Shown: positions 27,701 through 42,700 of the stretch, piece after piece
Numbering within the stretch: the first letter of the stretch is position 1
Layout: each line of letters starts with the position of its first letter
NCBI RefSeq assembly: GCF_964355755.1
Contig: NC_092675.1
Location: 31,545,112-31,609,111 of the forward strand
Length of the DNA: 64,000 bases
Source: Antedon mediterranea
Taxonomy: Eukaryota; Animalia; Echinodermata
Direction of reading: 5' to 3'
Notes under the pieces: generated by a model
The model's input: the letters and a program-made list of their open reading frames with translations, nothing else
Told to the model about the DNA's origin: nothing
The model's database searches: none
Position numbers and translations under genes: made by a program

Positions 27701-30700
27701 AGGGGAATCCAACAGCGAACATACATACAATACACATGCTAGATCCAGGGGAATGCAACAGCAAACATACATACAATACACATGCTAGACCCAGGGGACT
27801 CTAACAGCAAACATACATACAATACACATGCTAGACCCAGGGGACTCCAACAGCGAATATACATACAATACACATGCTAGACCCAGGGGACTCCAACAGC
27901 GAATATACATACAATACACATGCTAGACCCAGGGGACTCCAACAGCGAACATACATACAATACACATGCTAGACCCAGGGGACTCCAACAGCAAACATAC
28001 ATACAATACACATGCTAGACCCAGGGGACTCCAACAGCAAACATACATACAATACACATGCTAGACCCAGGGGACTCCAACAGCAAACATACATACAATA
28101 CACATGCTAGACCCAGGGGAATCCAACAGCGAACATACATACAATACACATGCTAGACCCAGGGGAATGCAACAGCAAACATACATACAATACACATGCT
28201 AGACCCAGGGGACTCTAACAGCAAACATACATACAATACACATGCTAGACCCAGGGGACTCTAACAGCAAACATACATACAATACACATGCTAGACCCAG
28301 GGGACTCCAACAGCGAATATACATACAATACACATGCTAGACCCAGGGGACTCCAACAGCGAATATACATACAATACACATGCTAGACCCAGGGGACTCC
28401 AACAGCGAACATACATACAATACACATGCTAGACTCAGGGGACTCCAACAGCAAACATACATACAATACACATGCTAGACTCAGGGGACTCCAACAGCAA
28501 ACATACATACAATACACATGCTAGACCCAGGGGACTCCAACAGCAAACATACATACAATACACATGCTAGACCCAGGGGACTCCAACAGCAAACATACAT
28601 ACAATACACATGCTAGACCCAGGGGACTCCAACAGCATACATACATACAAACAATACACATGCTAGACCCAGGGGACTCCAACAGCATACATACATACAA
28701 ACAATACACATGCTAGACCCAGGGGACTCCAACAGCGAACATACAAACAATACACATGCTAGACCCAGGGGACTCCAACAGCGAACATACATACAATACA
28801 CATGCTAGACCCAGGGGACTGCAACAGCAAACATACATACAATACACATGCTAGACCCAGGGGACTGCAACAGCAAACATACATACAATACACATGCTAG
28901 ACCCAGGGGACTGCAACAGCATACATACATACAATACACATGCTAGACCCAGCGGACTCCAACAGCAAACATACATACAATACACATGCTAGACCCAGGG
29001 GACTCCAACAGCGAACATACATACAATACACATGCTAGACCCAGGGGACTCCAACAGCGAACATACATACAATACACATGCTAGACCCAGGGGACTCCAA
29101 CAGCGAACATACATACAATACACATGCTACACCCAGGGGACTCCAACAGCGAACATACATACAATACACATGCTAGACCCAGGGGACTCCAACAGCGAAC
29201 ATACATACAATACACATGCTAGACCCAGGGGACTCCAACAGCAAACATACATACAATACACATGCTAGACCCAGGGGACTCCAACAGCGAACATACATAC
29301 AATACACATGCTAGACCCAGGGACTCCAACAGCAAACATACATACAATACACATGCTAGACCCAGGGGACTCCAACAGCAAACATACATACAATACACAT
29401 GCTAGACCCAGGGGACTCCAACAGCGAACATACATACAATACACATGCTAGACCCAGGGGACTCCAACAGCAAACATACATACAATACACATGCTAGACC
29501 CAGGGGACTCCAACAGCGAACATACATACAATACACATGCTAGACCCAGGGGACTCCAACAGCGAACATACATACAATACACATGCTAGACCCAGGGGAC
29601 TCCAACAGCGAACATACATACAATACACATGCTAGACCCAGGGGACTCCAACAGCAAACATACATACAATACACATGCTAGACCCAGGGGACTCCAACAG
29701 CAAACATACATACAATACACATGCTAGACCCAGGGGACTCCAACAGCGAACATACATACAATACACATGCTAGACCCAGGGGACTCCAACAGCGAACATA
29801 CATACAATACACATGCTAGACCCAGGGGACTCCAACAGCGAACATACATACAATACACATGCTAGACCCAGGGGACTCCAACAGCGAACATACATACAAT
29901 ACACATGCTAGACCCAGGGGACTCCAACAGCAAACATACATACAATACACATGCTAGACCCAGGGGACTCCAACAGCAAACATACATACAATACACATGC
30001 TAGACCCAGGGGACTCCAACAGCAAACATACATACAATACATATGCTAGACCCAGGGGACTCCAACAGCAAACATACATACAATACACATGCTAGACCCA
30101 GGGGACTCCAACAGCAAACATACATACAATACATATACTAGACCCAGGGGACTCCAACAGCAAACATACATACAATACATATACTAGACCCAGGGGACTC
30201 CAACAGCGAACTCAATCAGCAGAAGTACTGTAGGACAATTTCTACCACTTAGCTTGTTTTGACAATTCAAAACCAGTTAGGGACAGTGTAATACATGACA
30301 TCGTTTATTATCTTATTAAAGGCACCAGCCGTTGATGTTGTAGCAGTTGGTCTTGCAAATGGCAATATTATCATCCACAATCTAAGATTTGATGAATCTG
30401 TTATGACATTTACACAAGACTGGGGTCCAATAACTGCAATTTCATTTCGCACAGGTTGGAACAACAATTTTGGTTTATTACTCAGTTTACTGATCATTTC
30501 CTGAATGCTAATTATTCAAATATCATCGCAATTGGTTGCTGAATATTCATTTTAATTTGTATATGTGTGTTAAGCAATCGTGCCTCATTATTTTACATCA
30601 AATCCTTGATATATTTTTCATTTGTCTTCTATACAGTAACTATTCTGAGTTCATCTCCTGCCATTCTTTTCAATGAACCCCATGAAATTAATATGGTTGA

Positions 30701-33700
30701 CTTGTTTCTTATTTATTTTTTAGGCTTGCTGTTCAAAAGCTTTGCTTCTTTATATAACTATTTTTAAAATATATATATGTAAATAATTTGAGTAAGCTGT
30801 GAATTTACTATCTATTAGAGGGAATTTAGGAAGTTAAAGCATCTTGTTTGTACTTGTTTTCTTCTGTATTCAATTTTAGATGGTCATCCTATTATGGCAA
30901 CTGCAAGCACTATTGGACACATTGCATTATGGGACTTGGAAGAAAAAAAGTTAAAAAGTCAAATGAGAGAAGTACACCATGGATCTGTGACTGGAATGAA
31001 GTTTTTGGACTCTGAACCTCTAATGGTTACATCAGCAGCAGACAATTCACTAAAGGTAAACATAAGTTACATATCTTTATACAGTCCGAGCCATTTAATA
31101 TTACACTTCTTAGTCTTATAAAATAATGATGTTTGATTTCCTAAATTTCATAGAAAACAGTTGAGTATTATACTTTTATATATTTTATATTTATACTAAA
31201 ACTTTGATTTGTGCCGAATTGTTTATAAAACGATAGCAATAATTCAAATTCTTTGATATTTTTATTTTGTTATACGTATCTTCATCAATATCCAGTGGGA
31301 AAACTATATTCCAGAAGAATTTTTTACAGAAAAAATAGTTGTTACCATTTAATTGATAAAAAACAGGAAATAGCTCTAATGACTTCACATAATAATATGC
31401 AAATTACCTTTTTTTTTACTCCCAACCTTTTACCCACCAGACACCACAAAAATAATTACAAAATGATTTCATTCAGTATTTTTGCAATTTATTTAAAATT
31501 CACCTTTCTTATATAAATATTGTGCACAGAGTTGGGACTAACACTGTGTACTATGACACATTTCCAATTGTATGTATTGTGTATGAAATTGGACAATAAA
31601 AGTTTTTTGAATTTGAATTTTTTTGAATTTTGAATTAAAGGGTTAATGGACAAATCTTGTATCAACGCCAAAGTTTTATACAGGATTATTTTTGCAAAAA
31701 AAGTAAAAACACAATCTTTTACTTATTTGATATTTTATTTAGATGTGGATTTTTGATCAACCTGATGGTTCTGGTAGATTGCACAAAATTAGGTCAGGTC
31801 ACTATGCACCTCCAACAATGATTCGTTTCCATGGTAGTCATGGAAAGGATATTTTAAGTGCCGGTAAGTTAACAACTTAACTTTTAATAAGCCATTATGA
31901 TTTCATATCTGTTATGCATGCCATAGAACTGTGAATGCTGTAAAATCATTATGATTTCATATCTGTTATGCATGCTCTAGAACTGTGTAAAATCATTATG
32001 ATTTCATATCTGTTATGCATGCCATAGAACTGTGAATGCTGTAAAATCATTATGATTTCATGTCTGTTATGCATGCTCTAGAACTGTGTAAAATCATTAT
32101 GATTTCATATCTGTTATGCATGCTATAGAACTGTGTAAAATCATTATGATTTCATGTCTGTCATGCATGCTCTAGAACTGTGTAAAATCATTATGATTTC
32201 ATGTCTGTTATGCATGCTCTAGAACTGTGTAAAATCATTATGATTTCATATCTGTTATGCATGCTATAGAACTGTGTAAAATCATTATGATTTCATATCT
32301 GTTATGCATGCTATAGAACTGTGTAAAATCATTATGATTTCATATCTGTTATGCATGCTATAGAACTGTGTAAAATCATTATGATTTCATATCTGTTATG
32401 CATGCTATAGAACTGTGTAAAATCATTATAATTTCATATCTGTTATGCATGCTATAGAACTGTGTAAAATCATTATAATTTCATATCTGTTATGCATGCT
32501 ATAGAACTGTGTAAAATCATTATGATTTCATATCTGTTATGCATGCTCTAGAACTGTGTAAAATCATTATGATTTCATGTCTGTTATGCATGCTATAGAA
32601 CTGTGTAAAATCATTATGATTTCATATCTGTTATGCATGCTATAGAACTGTGTAAAATCATTATGATTTCATATCTGTTATGCATGCTATAGAACTGTGT
32701 AAAATCATTATGATTTCATGTCTGTTATGCATGCTCTAGAACTGTGTAAAATCATTATGATTTCATATCTGTTATGCATGCTCTAGAACTGTGTAAAATC
32801 ATTATGATTTCATATCTGTTATGCATGCTCTAGAACTGTGTAAAATCATTATGATTTCATATCTGTTATGCATGCCATAGAACTGTGAATGCTGTAAAAT
32901 CATTATGATTTCATGTCTGTTATGCATGCTCTAGAACTGTGTAAAATCATTATGATTTCATATCTGTTATGCATGCTATAGAACTGTGTAAAATCATTAT
33001 GATTTCATGTCTGTTATGCATGCTATAGAACTGTGTAAAGTCATTATGATTTCATGTCTGTTATGCATGCTCTAGAACTGTGTAAAATCATTATGATTTC
33101 ATGTCTGTTATGCATGCTATAGAACTGTGTAAAATCATTATGATTTCATATCTGTTATGCATGCTATAGAACTGTGTAAAATCATTATGATTTCATATCT
33201 GTTATGCATGCTATAGAACTGTGTAAAATCATTATGATTTCATATCTGTTATGCATGCTCTAGAACTGTGTAAAATCATTATGATTTCATATCTGTTATG
33301 CATGCTATAGAACTGTGTAAAATCATTATGATTTCATGTCTGTTATGCATGCTATAGAACTGTGTAAAATCATTATGATTTCATGTCTCTTATGCATGCT
33401 ATAGAACTGTGTAAAATCATTATGATTTCATGTCTGTTATGCATGCTATAGAACTGTGTAAAATCATTATGATTTCATATCTGTTATGCATGCTATAGAA
33501 CTGTGTAAAATCATTATGATTTCATATCTGTTATGCATGCTATAGAACTGTGTAAAATCATTATGATTTCATATCTGTTATGCATGCTATAGAACTGTGT
33601 AAAATCATTATGATTTCATGTCTGTTATGCATGCTATAGAACTGTGTAAAATCATTATGATTTCATGTCTGTTATGCATGCTATAGAACTGTGTAAAATC

Positions 33701-36700
33701 ATTATGATTTCATATCTGTTATGCATGCTATAGAACTGTGTAAAATCATTATGATTTCATGTCTGTTATGCATGCTATAGAACTGTGTAAAATCATTATG
33801 ATTTCATGTCTGTTATGCATGCTATAGAACTGTGTAAAATCATTATGATTTCATATCTGTTATGCATGCTATAGAACTGTGTAAAATCATTATGATTTCA
33901 TGTCTGTTATGCATGCTATAGAACTGTGTAAAATCATTATGATTTCAAGTCTGTTATCACAGCTGTTTCAACCAATGTAAAATAAATAGAAAAAGTCAAG
34001 CGCCCTCAATATTGTCAGACGGCGATATGTGCCTGAGCGTGACGCCGCGCGAGTGGTTGAATCTCGTTCAACTTTCGCGACATTTGCAACTTTTATAACT
34101 ACACTTTAAATTAATTTAATCAATTTCGTCATAAATATTATAAAACCATTTTTATACTATTTGTTAGAAAATAGGATTCTTAATTACCGATTTTTTGGAA
34201 ATAGTAAGTAATTAAGCATAACAACAAGTTTACGAAATTATTTACACCCGGAATTTTTAAAAATTAACATCGATCGGCCTAGCAAATGTAAACAATGGAA
34301 AGTTTGAAAAAATGCTTGTCAAATTGTACACTTTTTGTTTTTATTCGTAATTTTCATAAATACTTGGAAAATCTAGGTAAAAGTTTGATTATATATGCTT
34401 ACATGAGACATTGAATTGTTAGGAGGTGACGGTGAAAATCTCAAGAAATTTTCATTTAAAAACTCGACTGTTTTGTTAAATGCGAAACAGCGTATTTGGC
34501 GAGAGGTCGATGAACGCGGCTGATAACCGCTCGCTAGGCTGTACGCAACTAGGCCTAGGTGGTACGTATATGTAGTGTAATCATACTATACATCATTTTA
34601 ATTTACAATAGAATAAATAATAAGCTTAATTATTATCATTGTATTTATTTCAACTGAATATAATTCATCATAAATGTAAAAATTTAGTAAAACTACTAAC
34701 TACCAGGCCTAGCTAGGCCCTTAAAATTAAAGCCTATACAAAAATACTCAAACTACTGTATGATAAATATAATATAACATTAAAGGTTGGTAAAATTAAA
34801 ATTTCTTTTCTTTTTTGTAGGCAACACAGTTTCACGAAAAGGCTTTACGTTCTACTTGCTTCTGTTGTGGAACAAAATTTAAAGAAAAGGATAAAAAATA
34901 CAACTTAAAAAATATGAAAACCATCACAAATTTGCACTAAATCTAACAAATGTAAAATTACAACCTATATACATTTATACAACCTGCCATTCGCGAATTT
35001 TCAATGGATACTGTATACTACCACGCTAACATTTAAATTAACAGGGCATGGACCAAATTGCTTGGCATGCTACACTTCAACAACAACTATGACCTGGGCC
35101 AAAACTACATTCACAAGTGAAAGAACACACTGGCGCTTAGGGGAACAGTTTTTTGTCTGGTACAGCTGCTCCATAATCTGCTTTTCTTCTTTATATCTTC
35201 ACTCTTTTTGAAATTTAATTAAATGAACATACCTCATAATCAAATAACTGTTTTCTCATCCTAATTTATATACATAGTTTAAAAAGCGCCAATTTTCAAT
35301 TAAGATTACATCATACATTGTATATTTCTATTCAACAAAATTGTCAGAACTTTCTATTATTTAAATGTCTAAGATAGTCAGATCTTGGGTCCATTCTACA
35401 GTCACCACAGATTGACTTTTTCATCACAAAATTTCTGAAATTATAAAATGTATTAATGTGTAAATTAAGTATTTTTTAATTCCATAAAAATATCATACAA
35501 GTATTTTTAGCAGAATACAGGCATATTGCACCAGGTGTAATACAGCCTAAGCTACATATGCTTGAGCACCATGCTATTGCATTCATGAGAGAATGGAAGG
35601 GGGTCTCTGAGCAAGGCGGTCTCTGAGCAAGGCGGGGAGCTAATACATGCCAAACTCAACCGTCACAAAACAGCAGTGTGGATTAGAGTCAAACTTAGAC
35701 TCATCTGATTTTCACATCTCCAATGATACAAAATGAAATAATAAAACCCACCAAATGCAAGAAAGCCAACAAAGAATGATTCATTAACATTAATGATCAT
35801 AAAATATTGTACATTTTTAAATGTTAAAGGAATATTGCATTGTATTGATTTCCTTTTAACAATGCCTAATGATAATGAATATGTAAAAGTAATACTATAG
35901 TATGTCTATATTTCAATTACTAACTAATTACTATTGATTGATAGTACTACTGCTGTACTGCTGTACTGTAGCATGGTAAACACAATTTAAAATTTACTAG
36001 TTCTTGAACAGTAAAATAAACTTACCTATATAGATGGTAGGTATAGGTATTGGTCCAAATCTGTTTAAAATGTTTTAGCCATTTTGGGTTGCCGCTATAT
36101 ATGTACCTAAAAAATAGTAATAGTAATAGTATAACATTATAATAAGAATTAATTAAAATTAACTTATTAAATTTACTATGGTTGCATACATACTAATTTG
36201 AATATGCAGTGATGAGCAAAAACAAATGTTAAAATTCATTATTTATAATAATTGTAATTATTACATACAGGGTAGGCATATATGCCTTATGTCATTGCAT
36301 AGGGTATATATAACCAGGTATCCTCATAATAAACATTATTTGTAATAAATACTGTAAATATATTAAAAATAAAAATTAATAATAATTAAATAATAATATA
36401 TAGGCATAGAGCCTCTAGGCCTAATTAGGTAGCCTACTAATACCTAGCCTATTGCTCTAGGCTAGGCTAAATAAGCTGGAAAGCTGCTTCTCTGTAGGCT
36501 GCTAGTGCAAGAGAGCACAGGTCTAGCTAGTATATTAAAATAAAAATAGGGCCTATAATATAGGCCTAGCCTACCCAGCCAGTGGTAGTGATTGGTTGTT
36601 AATATTGAAAATTAATAGCATGGTAAACACAATTTAAAATTTACTAGTTCTTGAACAGTAAAATAAACTTACCTATAATATAGATGGTAGGTATAGGTAT

Positions 36701-39700
36701 AGGTATTGGTCAAAATCTGTTTAAAATGATTTTTCCACTTCGGGTTGCCGCTATGTACCTAAAAATAGTAAAACATTACTATAAGAATTAATTAAAATTA
36801 GCTTATTAAATTTAATATGGTTGCATACATACTAATTTGAATATGCAGTGATAAGCAAAAACGAATGTTTAAATTCATTATTTATAATATTGTAATTGTA
36901 ATTATTACATACAGGGTAGGCATATATGCCTTATGTCATTGCATAGGGTATATATAACCAGGTATTCTCATAATAAACATTATTTAAATAAAATACTGTA
37001 AATATATTAAAACTAAAAATAATAATAATTAAATAATAATATATAGGCGTAGAGCCTAGACCTAATTAGGTAGTCTACTTATACCTAGCCTATTGCTCTA
37101 GGCTAGGCTAAATAAGCTGGAAAGCTGCTTCTCTGTAGGCTGCTGCTAGTGATAGAGAGCACAGGTCTAGCTAGTATATTAAAATAAAAATAGGGCCTAT
37201 AATATAGGCCTAGCCTACCCAGCCAGTGGTAGTGATTGATTGTTAATATTGAAAATTAATAGCATGGTAAACACAATTTAAAATTTACTAGTTCTTGAGC
37301 AATAAAATAAACTTACCTACTGTATATAGATGGTAGGCTGCTAGGTATTGGTCCAAATCTGTTTAAAATGTTTTTGCCACTTCGGGTTGCCGCTATGTAC
37401 CTAAAAAATAGTAAAACATTATTATAAGAATTACTTAAAATTAGCTTATTAAATTTAATATGGTTGCATACATACTAATTTGAATATGCAGTAATGAGCA
37501 AAAACGAATGTTAAAATTCATTATTTATAATAATTGTAATTATTACATACAGGGTAGGCATATATGCCTTATGTCATTGCATAGGGTATATATAACCAGG
37601 TATTCTCATAAGAAACATTATTTAAATAAATACTGTAAATATATTAAACAAAAATTAATAATAATTAAATAATAATAGGCCTATATAGGCGTAGAGCCTA
37701 GCCTAATTAGGTAGCCTACTTATACCTAGCCTAATTGCTCTAGGCTAGGCTAAATAAGCTGGAAAGCTGCTTCTCTGTAGGCTGCTGCTAGTGATAGAGA
37801 GCACAGGTCTAGCTAGTATATTAAAATAAAAATAGGGCCTATGATATAGGCCTAGCCTACCCAGCCAGTGGTAGTGATTGATTGTTAATATTACAAATTA
37901 ATAGCATGGTACACAATTTAATATTTGCTACTTCTTGAACAGCAAAATAATCTTACCTATATAGATGGTAGGTATGGTCCAAATCTGCTTAGCCACTTCA
38001 GGTTACTGCTCTATATATGTATCTACAATAGTATAACATTAATAATTATTATAACAATTTTATAAAATTAACTTAACTTATTAAATTTAATATGATTGCA
38101 TACTAATTTGAATATGCAGTGATGAGCAAAACCGAATGTTAATATGATGCTTGTCATTATTTATATTGTAATTATTACATACATATAGGCCTATAATATT
38201 CCCTATTGCATACATGTTACATGGGTATATACAGTATAATCCTCATAATATTAAATTTACAGTTTTTGTAATGAATACTGTAAATTTAATAAACTAAAAT
38301 TAATTATAATGATTAAATAATATTAAAAATATATAGGCCTAGGCGTAGATCCTGGGCCTAATTTTAATTAGGTAGCCTACTAATACCTATTAGGCTAGCC
38401 TACTCAAGGCCAGGCTAACTAAGCCGGAAAGCTGCTTCTCTGTAGTAGGCTGCTAGAGAACACAGGTCTAGCAAGGGCCTAGGCCTAGTATTAAAATAAA
38501 AATAGGGCCTATAATATTGGTATATGCCTACCCTACCCAGCCAGGCCTAAATAATTAAAATAATGTAACATTTCCAAACTCATTTGGGTCAGCTGTCACA
38601 TGAAAGGCAGTGTTGCAACTAGAGTAGACATAAGCCTAAGCCTAAAAATGACACAATTTGAAACGGCCATAGCTCAAAAATTCCACCATCACCTCTCGAC
38701 CATTACTATGTTATAACATTCACAGATAACTAAATTATCATGCAGTACCAAAGAATTAGAGTGAAAATTACATTTTTTAAAGATACGGACAAACAAACAT
38801 GTACCTAATTTGGAAATGTCACTCACGCGCGTCAATTGGTCTATGCTTGTGTTATGCGCGATTTGAACGATTTGCGCAATTTGAAATTGCGCAAAAAAAT
38901 CCTTGCGCAATTTTAAATTGCGCAAGAATTATTTGCGCAATTTGAAATTGCGCAAGGATTTTTTTGCGCAATTTCAAATTGCGCAATCAACTTGCGCAAT
39001 TTCAAATTGCGCAAGAAAATCTTTGCGCAATTTTAAATTGCGCTGCACAATTTGTAAATTGCGCAAGATAGTTCTTGCGCAATATGACACCTTTGCGCAA
39101 TTTGAAAACGAACTGTAAATTTTCCCATACATGGCTATAGGCTAGGCCTAGGCAGAGGAGTTTAAAATTTAGTATTTTATTATATAAATAAGACCATTTC
39201 AATGAAGATAATGTTTAATACTCACTTTTTAAGTTTTTAATATTAGTTTAAGCTAGGCCATGTAACCTAGTCAGTATCAGTAGTCCAGACCCTAGCTAGG
39301 CTAGAGTAGTATAGCCGGCCGCCCGCGCCGCGCCCGCCTGGTGGAACACCACCGCTTCGTTTTCCTTCGTCGGTTCTTCGACGGTATGCTAACTTATAAC
39401 AATATTTGCACTACTAAAATAAGGAAATGCGATATTTATCTTTAAATTTGAATCATTCTTAGAAATTACTATAAAAATATGGGTGTACATGATTTCACAA
39501 TCTGTCGAAAAACCTTGCGCAATTTGCAGATTACTTGCGCAATTTAATACGTTGCTTGCGCAATTTGAAACACATGTTTCAATTCAAATTGCGCAAGGAT
39601 TTTTTTTGCGCAATTTCAAATTGCGCAAATCGTTCAAATCGCGCATAACACTTGTAATTTATGGCCCACCCTTCCATTAATTTTCAGCGTTGGGTGACTA

Positions 39701-42700
39701 CTTCTTCGCATGCAGCTAAAGTAAAATGACGTCACGTTAAAGCGTGTCGTCACAGAATCTCATGCATATGCAAAAGTTGTTTTGTTTCTGCTTCTTGTGC
39801 GCTCATGATTTATCTGTGGTACAGAAAATAATCCGATATTGTTCCAGATAACAAAGAAGCAGATTAAATATAGTTTTTTATTCGACCCATTTGACTTAGA
39901 TGCCTAGCCCTAGAAAGACTTTCTATGATACCTACTCACTAGCGGCCTAACTAAAGACAAGTAAAATACAGTATACACTACCCACTATCAGGCCATCCAT
40001 ATCCTCCCCTTCATCGTTACCGCGTGGCATTGTGCAGATACTAACCCAGCATACTAGCCCACCCACCCTAGCTCTCAGGTATGCACTGCGCTGCCACTAG
40101 ACAGTAGGAGGCCTAGCCTATTTCAGCATTTGAAAATACATACTAATATTGTACATTATTATTATTTTTTATTTGCACTGGAAGTATCTAGGTTCTCCTG
40201 TCATGTTAAAATTAAAGTATATTATTTATTATCCTCAGCAGTGAAAACAATTATATTTTGTTGTATATTTTCAATAAATCTCGCGTCGCGTGTGTGTGGT
40301 GTGGTGGAAAAAACTCTCAGCAAGTTTGCTTCATTAATATGCATGAGACTCTGTGACGACCCACTTTAAGGTGACGTCATTTTACTTTAGCTGCATGCGA
40401 AGAAGTAGTCACCGTTACATTCCTTCTTAAAAACAAAACGACAACGTGCTTGTTTCATCCAGGGACTCTTTAATGAATATTCATATTTTTAGCGACCCTT
40501 TATTTTTTTATCTCATTCTCATTGGCTGTTTAAAACATGTCTTTAAATGACGTTTGACTCCACTCTGCACACGTGGATTTGTAAGTAATTGTTTATGTAT
40601 TGTTACTCCAGCGATACGACTTGTAACGTTGAGGGCGCATGACTTAATTCGTATGTTTGAAACAGCTGTGTTATGCATGCTCTAGAACTGTGTAAAATCA
40701 TTATGATTTCATGTCTGTTATGCATGCTATAGAACTGTGTAAAATCATTATGATTTCATATCTGTTATGCATGCTATAGAACTGTGTAAAATCATTATGA
40801 TTTCATATCTGTTATGCATGCTCTAGAACTGTGTAAAATCATTATGATTTCATATCTGTATGCATGCTATAGAACTGTGTAAAATCATTATGATTTCATG
40901 TCTGTTATGCATGCTCTAGAACTGTGTAAAATCATTATGATTTCATATCTGTTATGCATGCTATAAAACTGTGTAAAATCATTATGATTTCAGTGAGTTA
41001 CCATTTGCAAGGTAGTTTACCCTACAGAAGCAAGGAATAAACTTAATTGTAAACATAATTCATCCCTTTTTGCTGCATAAGCGTTAATAACATGATTTAA
41101 AGGCGAATATTACTGTATTATTAATGATGACTAGACGCATCTGGAATCTGAATCCCAATTAACTGAGCAAACATCTAAATATACAGGTAGTTGTGAATAT
41201 CTGGTGGTTACCACCTTAAAGTAACTACCTGTATGCATTCTGGTGCGTGGATGTAAAATGACAGAGCCCAGATATCAACAAGTTAACTAAACTGGCTAAA
41301 TATAGTAGCAAATGTTTAACAGAAACAAAAAAAAGACTGACAAGGCCCGATAAGTACACAATTGGATTGCTAGCTTGTAATATATGCATGCATAAAAGTC
41401 AAAATGGAATGCTGCACTCTACCTAGAGTGTGATGGTAGCTTTCAAAAGTACTGTAATATAAAATGATATATTACAGACCTCTGTATAGCACACCTTTAA
41501 TGGCTCTCTGCGACCACTCCTTGTAAGCCATCAAAGATTGTTTTGTTTTCCATTGTACATGATATCATAAGCATAATTACAATTATTTATTGACAGGTCA
41601 AGATTGTACACTAAAATCCTTCTCAACAGTTCATGAAAAGCACAACAAAAATCTTGGACAAGCTTCTATGAAAAGAAGTGTTGCAAAAAAGAAGGGCTTA
41701 AAACATGATACCTTTAAATTACCCCCAATAATTAATTTTGCTGCAGGTAATAATTTTGTTTAATTTAATTTATTCTGCATCACAGTATGTAATATCACAG
41801 CATTGGGATACCAGGCTCTGCATAACAGCATACCTTATTACCAACATTGGGATACCAGGCTCTGCATAACAGCATACCTTATTACCAACATTGGGATACC
41901 AGGCTCTGCATTACAGCATACCTTATTACCAACATTGGGATACCAGGCTCTGCATAACAGCATACCTTATTACCAACATTGGGATACCAGGCTCTGCATT
42001 ACAGCATACCTTATACCAACATATGGATTCCAGGCTCTGCATTTAAAGCGACATTCCGCAAACAACGGGTTGCAGCCCAAAATGGCTTGGTCCTGAAACA
42101 ACCATGTGCAGAATGCAAAATAAAAATATTGTGTATTCTTCTAATATAATAAAAAGACAATAGAATTTAATTATTTACACAATTTTAATTTTTGTTAGAG
42201 TGCAGTCGAGAAATGCATTGGGATGGAATAGTAGCTTGTCATCATGGTTTCCCTATTGTTACAACATGGAACTTTCAAAAGTGCTGTATGGGAACACACA
42301 AATTAAAACATAAGCGCTTTGATGACAATTTACATAAACATGTACAGGCCACGGTATGTTTATTCTTAGATACCACGTTGATTTTACTATTCATCTAATA
42401 CCCTTTTCACACCTGCAAAAAAAGTTGTAATCACGTTTGGATAGTGTTAAGACAATTTTGTCGAAAACATACCGACAATAGGGCCTGTTTTTTCGTTCCC
42501 AGATGGTACTGTGCATATGTATATTGCCCTGGCATTGAAGTTAGTAATCAAATAGCATGCAACTGTGTTTTCTTCTGAGGTTTCTCATGGTTTGTATGAA
42601 AAAGTGTAATAAATCAGGAGATCAAACCTGGTTACAACTTGTAAACAATTAATGCAGATGTGAAAAGGTTGCTTGATCACACTAAAATCAGCCAAATGTA

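Larger units (their letters stand above)
33958..40670 (+). mobile_element. Chapaev-like (CMC superfamily) non-autonomous DNA transposon inserted into the 47-bp array
   Basis: Termini CACAGCTGTTTCAA...TTGAAACAGCTGTG with 4-bp TSD TTAT (33954-33957, 40671-40674); the satellite resumes in register. A second inverted motif AAGTCAWGCGCCCTCAA sits near both ends, and transposase remnants lie inside. Confidence 0.85.

Noticed and set aside
18192-29268. Many repetitive ORFs (MSGPLMYSTF..., MLDPGDSNS..., MYCMYVCCW...)
   Set aside because: These are translations of minisatellite units that stay open by chance inside WDR36 introns.
18071-33957. Long arrays of 46-47 bp repeats as CRISPR arrays
   Set aside because: Units are contiguous with no unique spacers, there are no cas genes, and the context is eukaryotic introns.
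33958-40670. A true RAG1L-RAG2L (ProtoRAG) or Transib transposon
   Set aside because: With intact CAC...GTG ends the TSD is 4 bp (a 5-bp GTTAT would require losing the terminal G), the SEQGGE motif fits Chapaev better, and no RAG2-like kelch sequence was seen.
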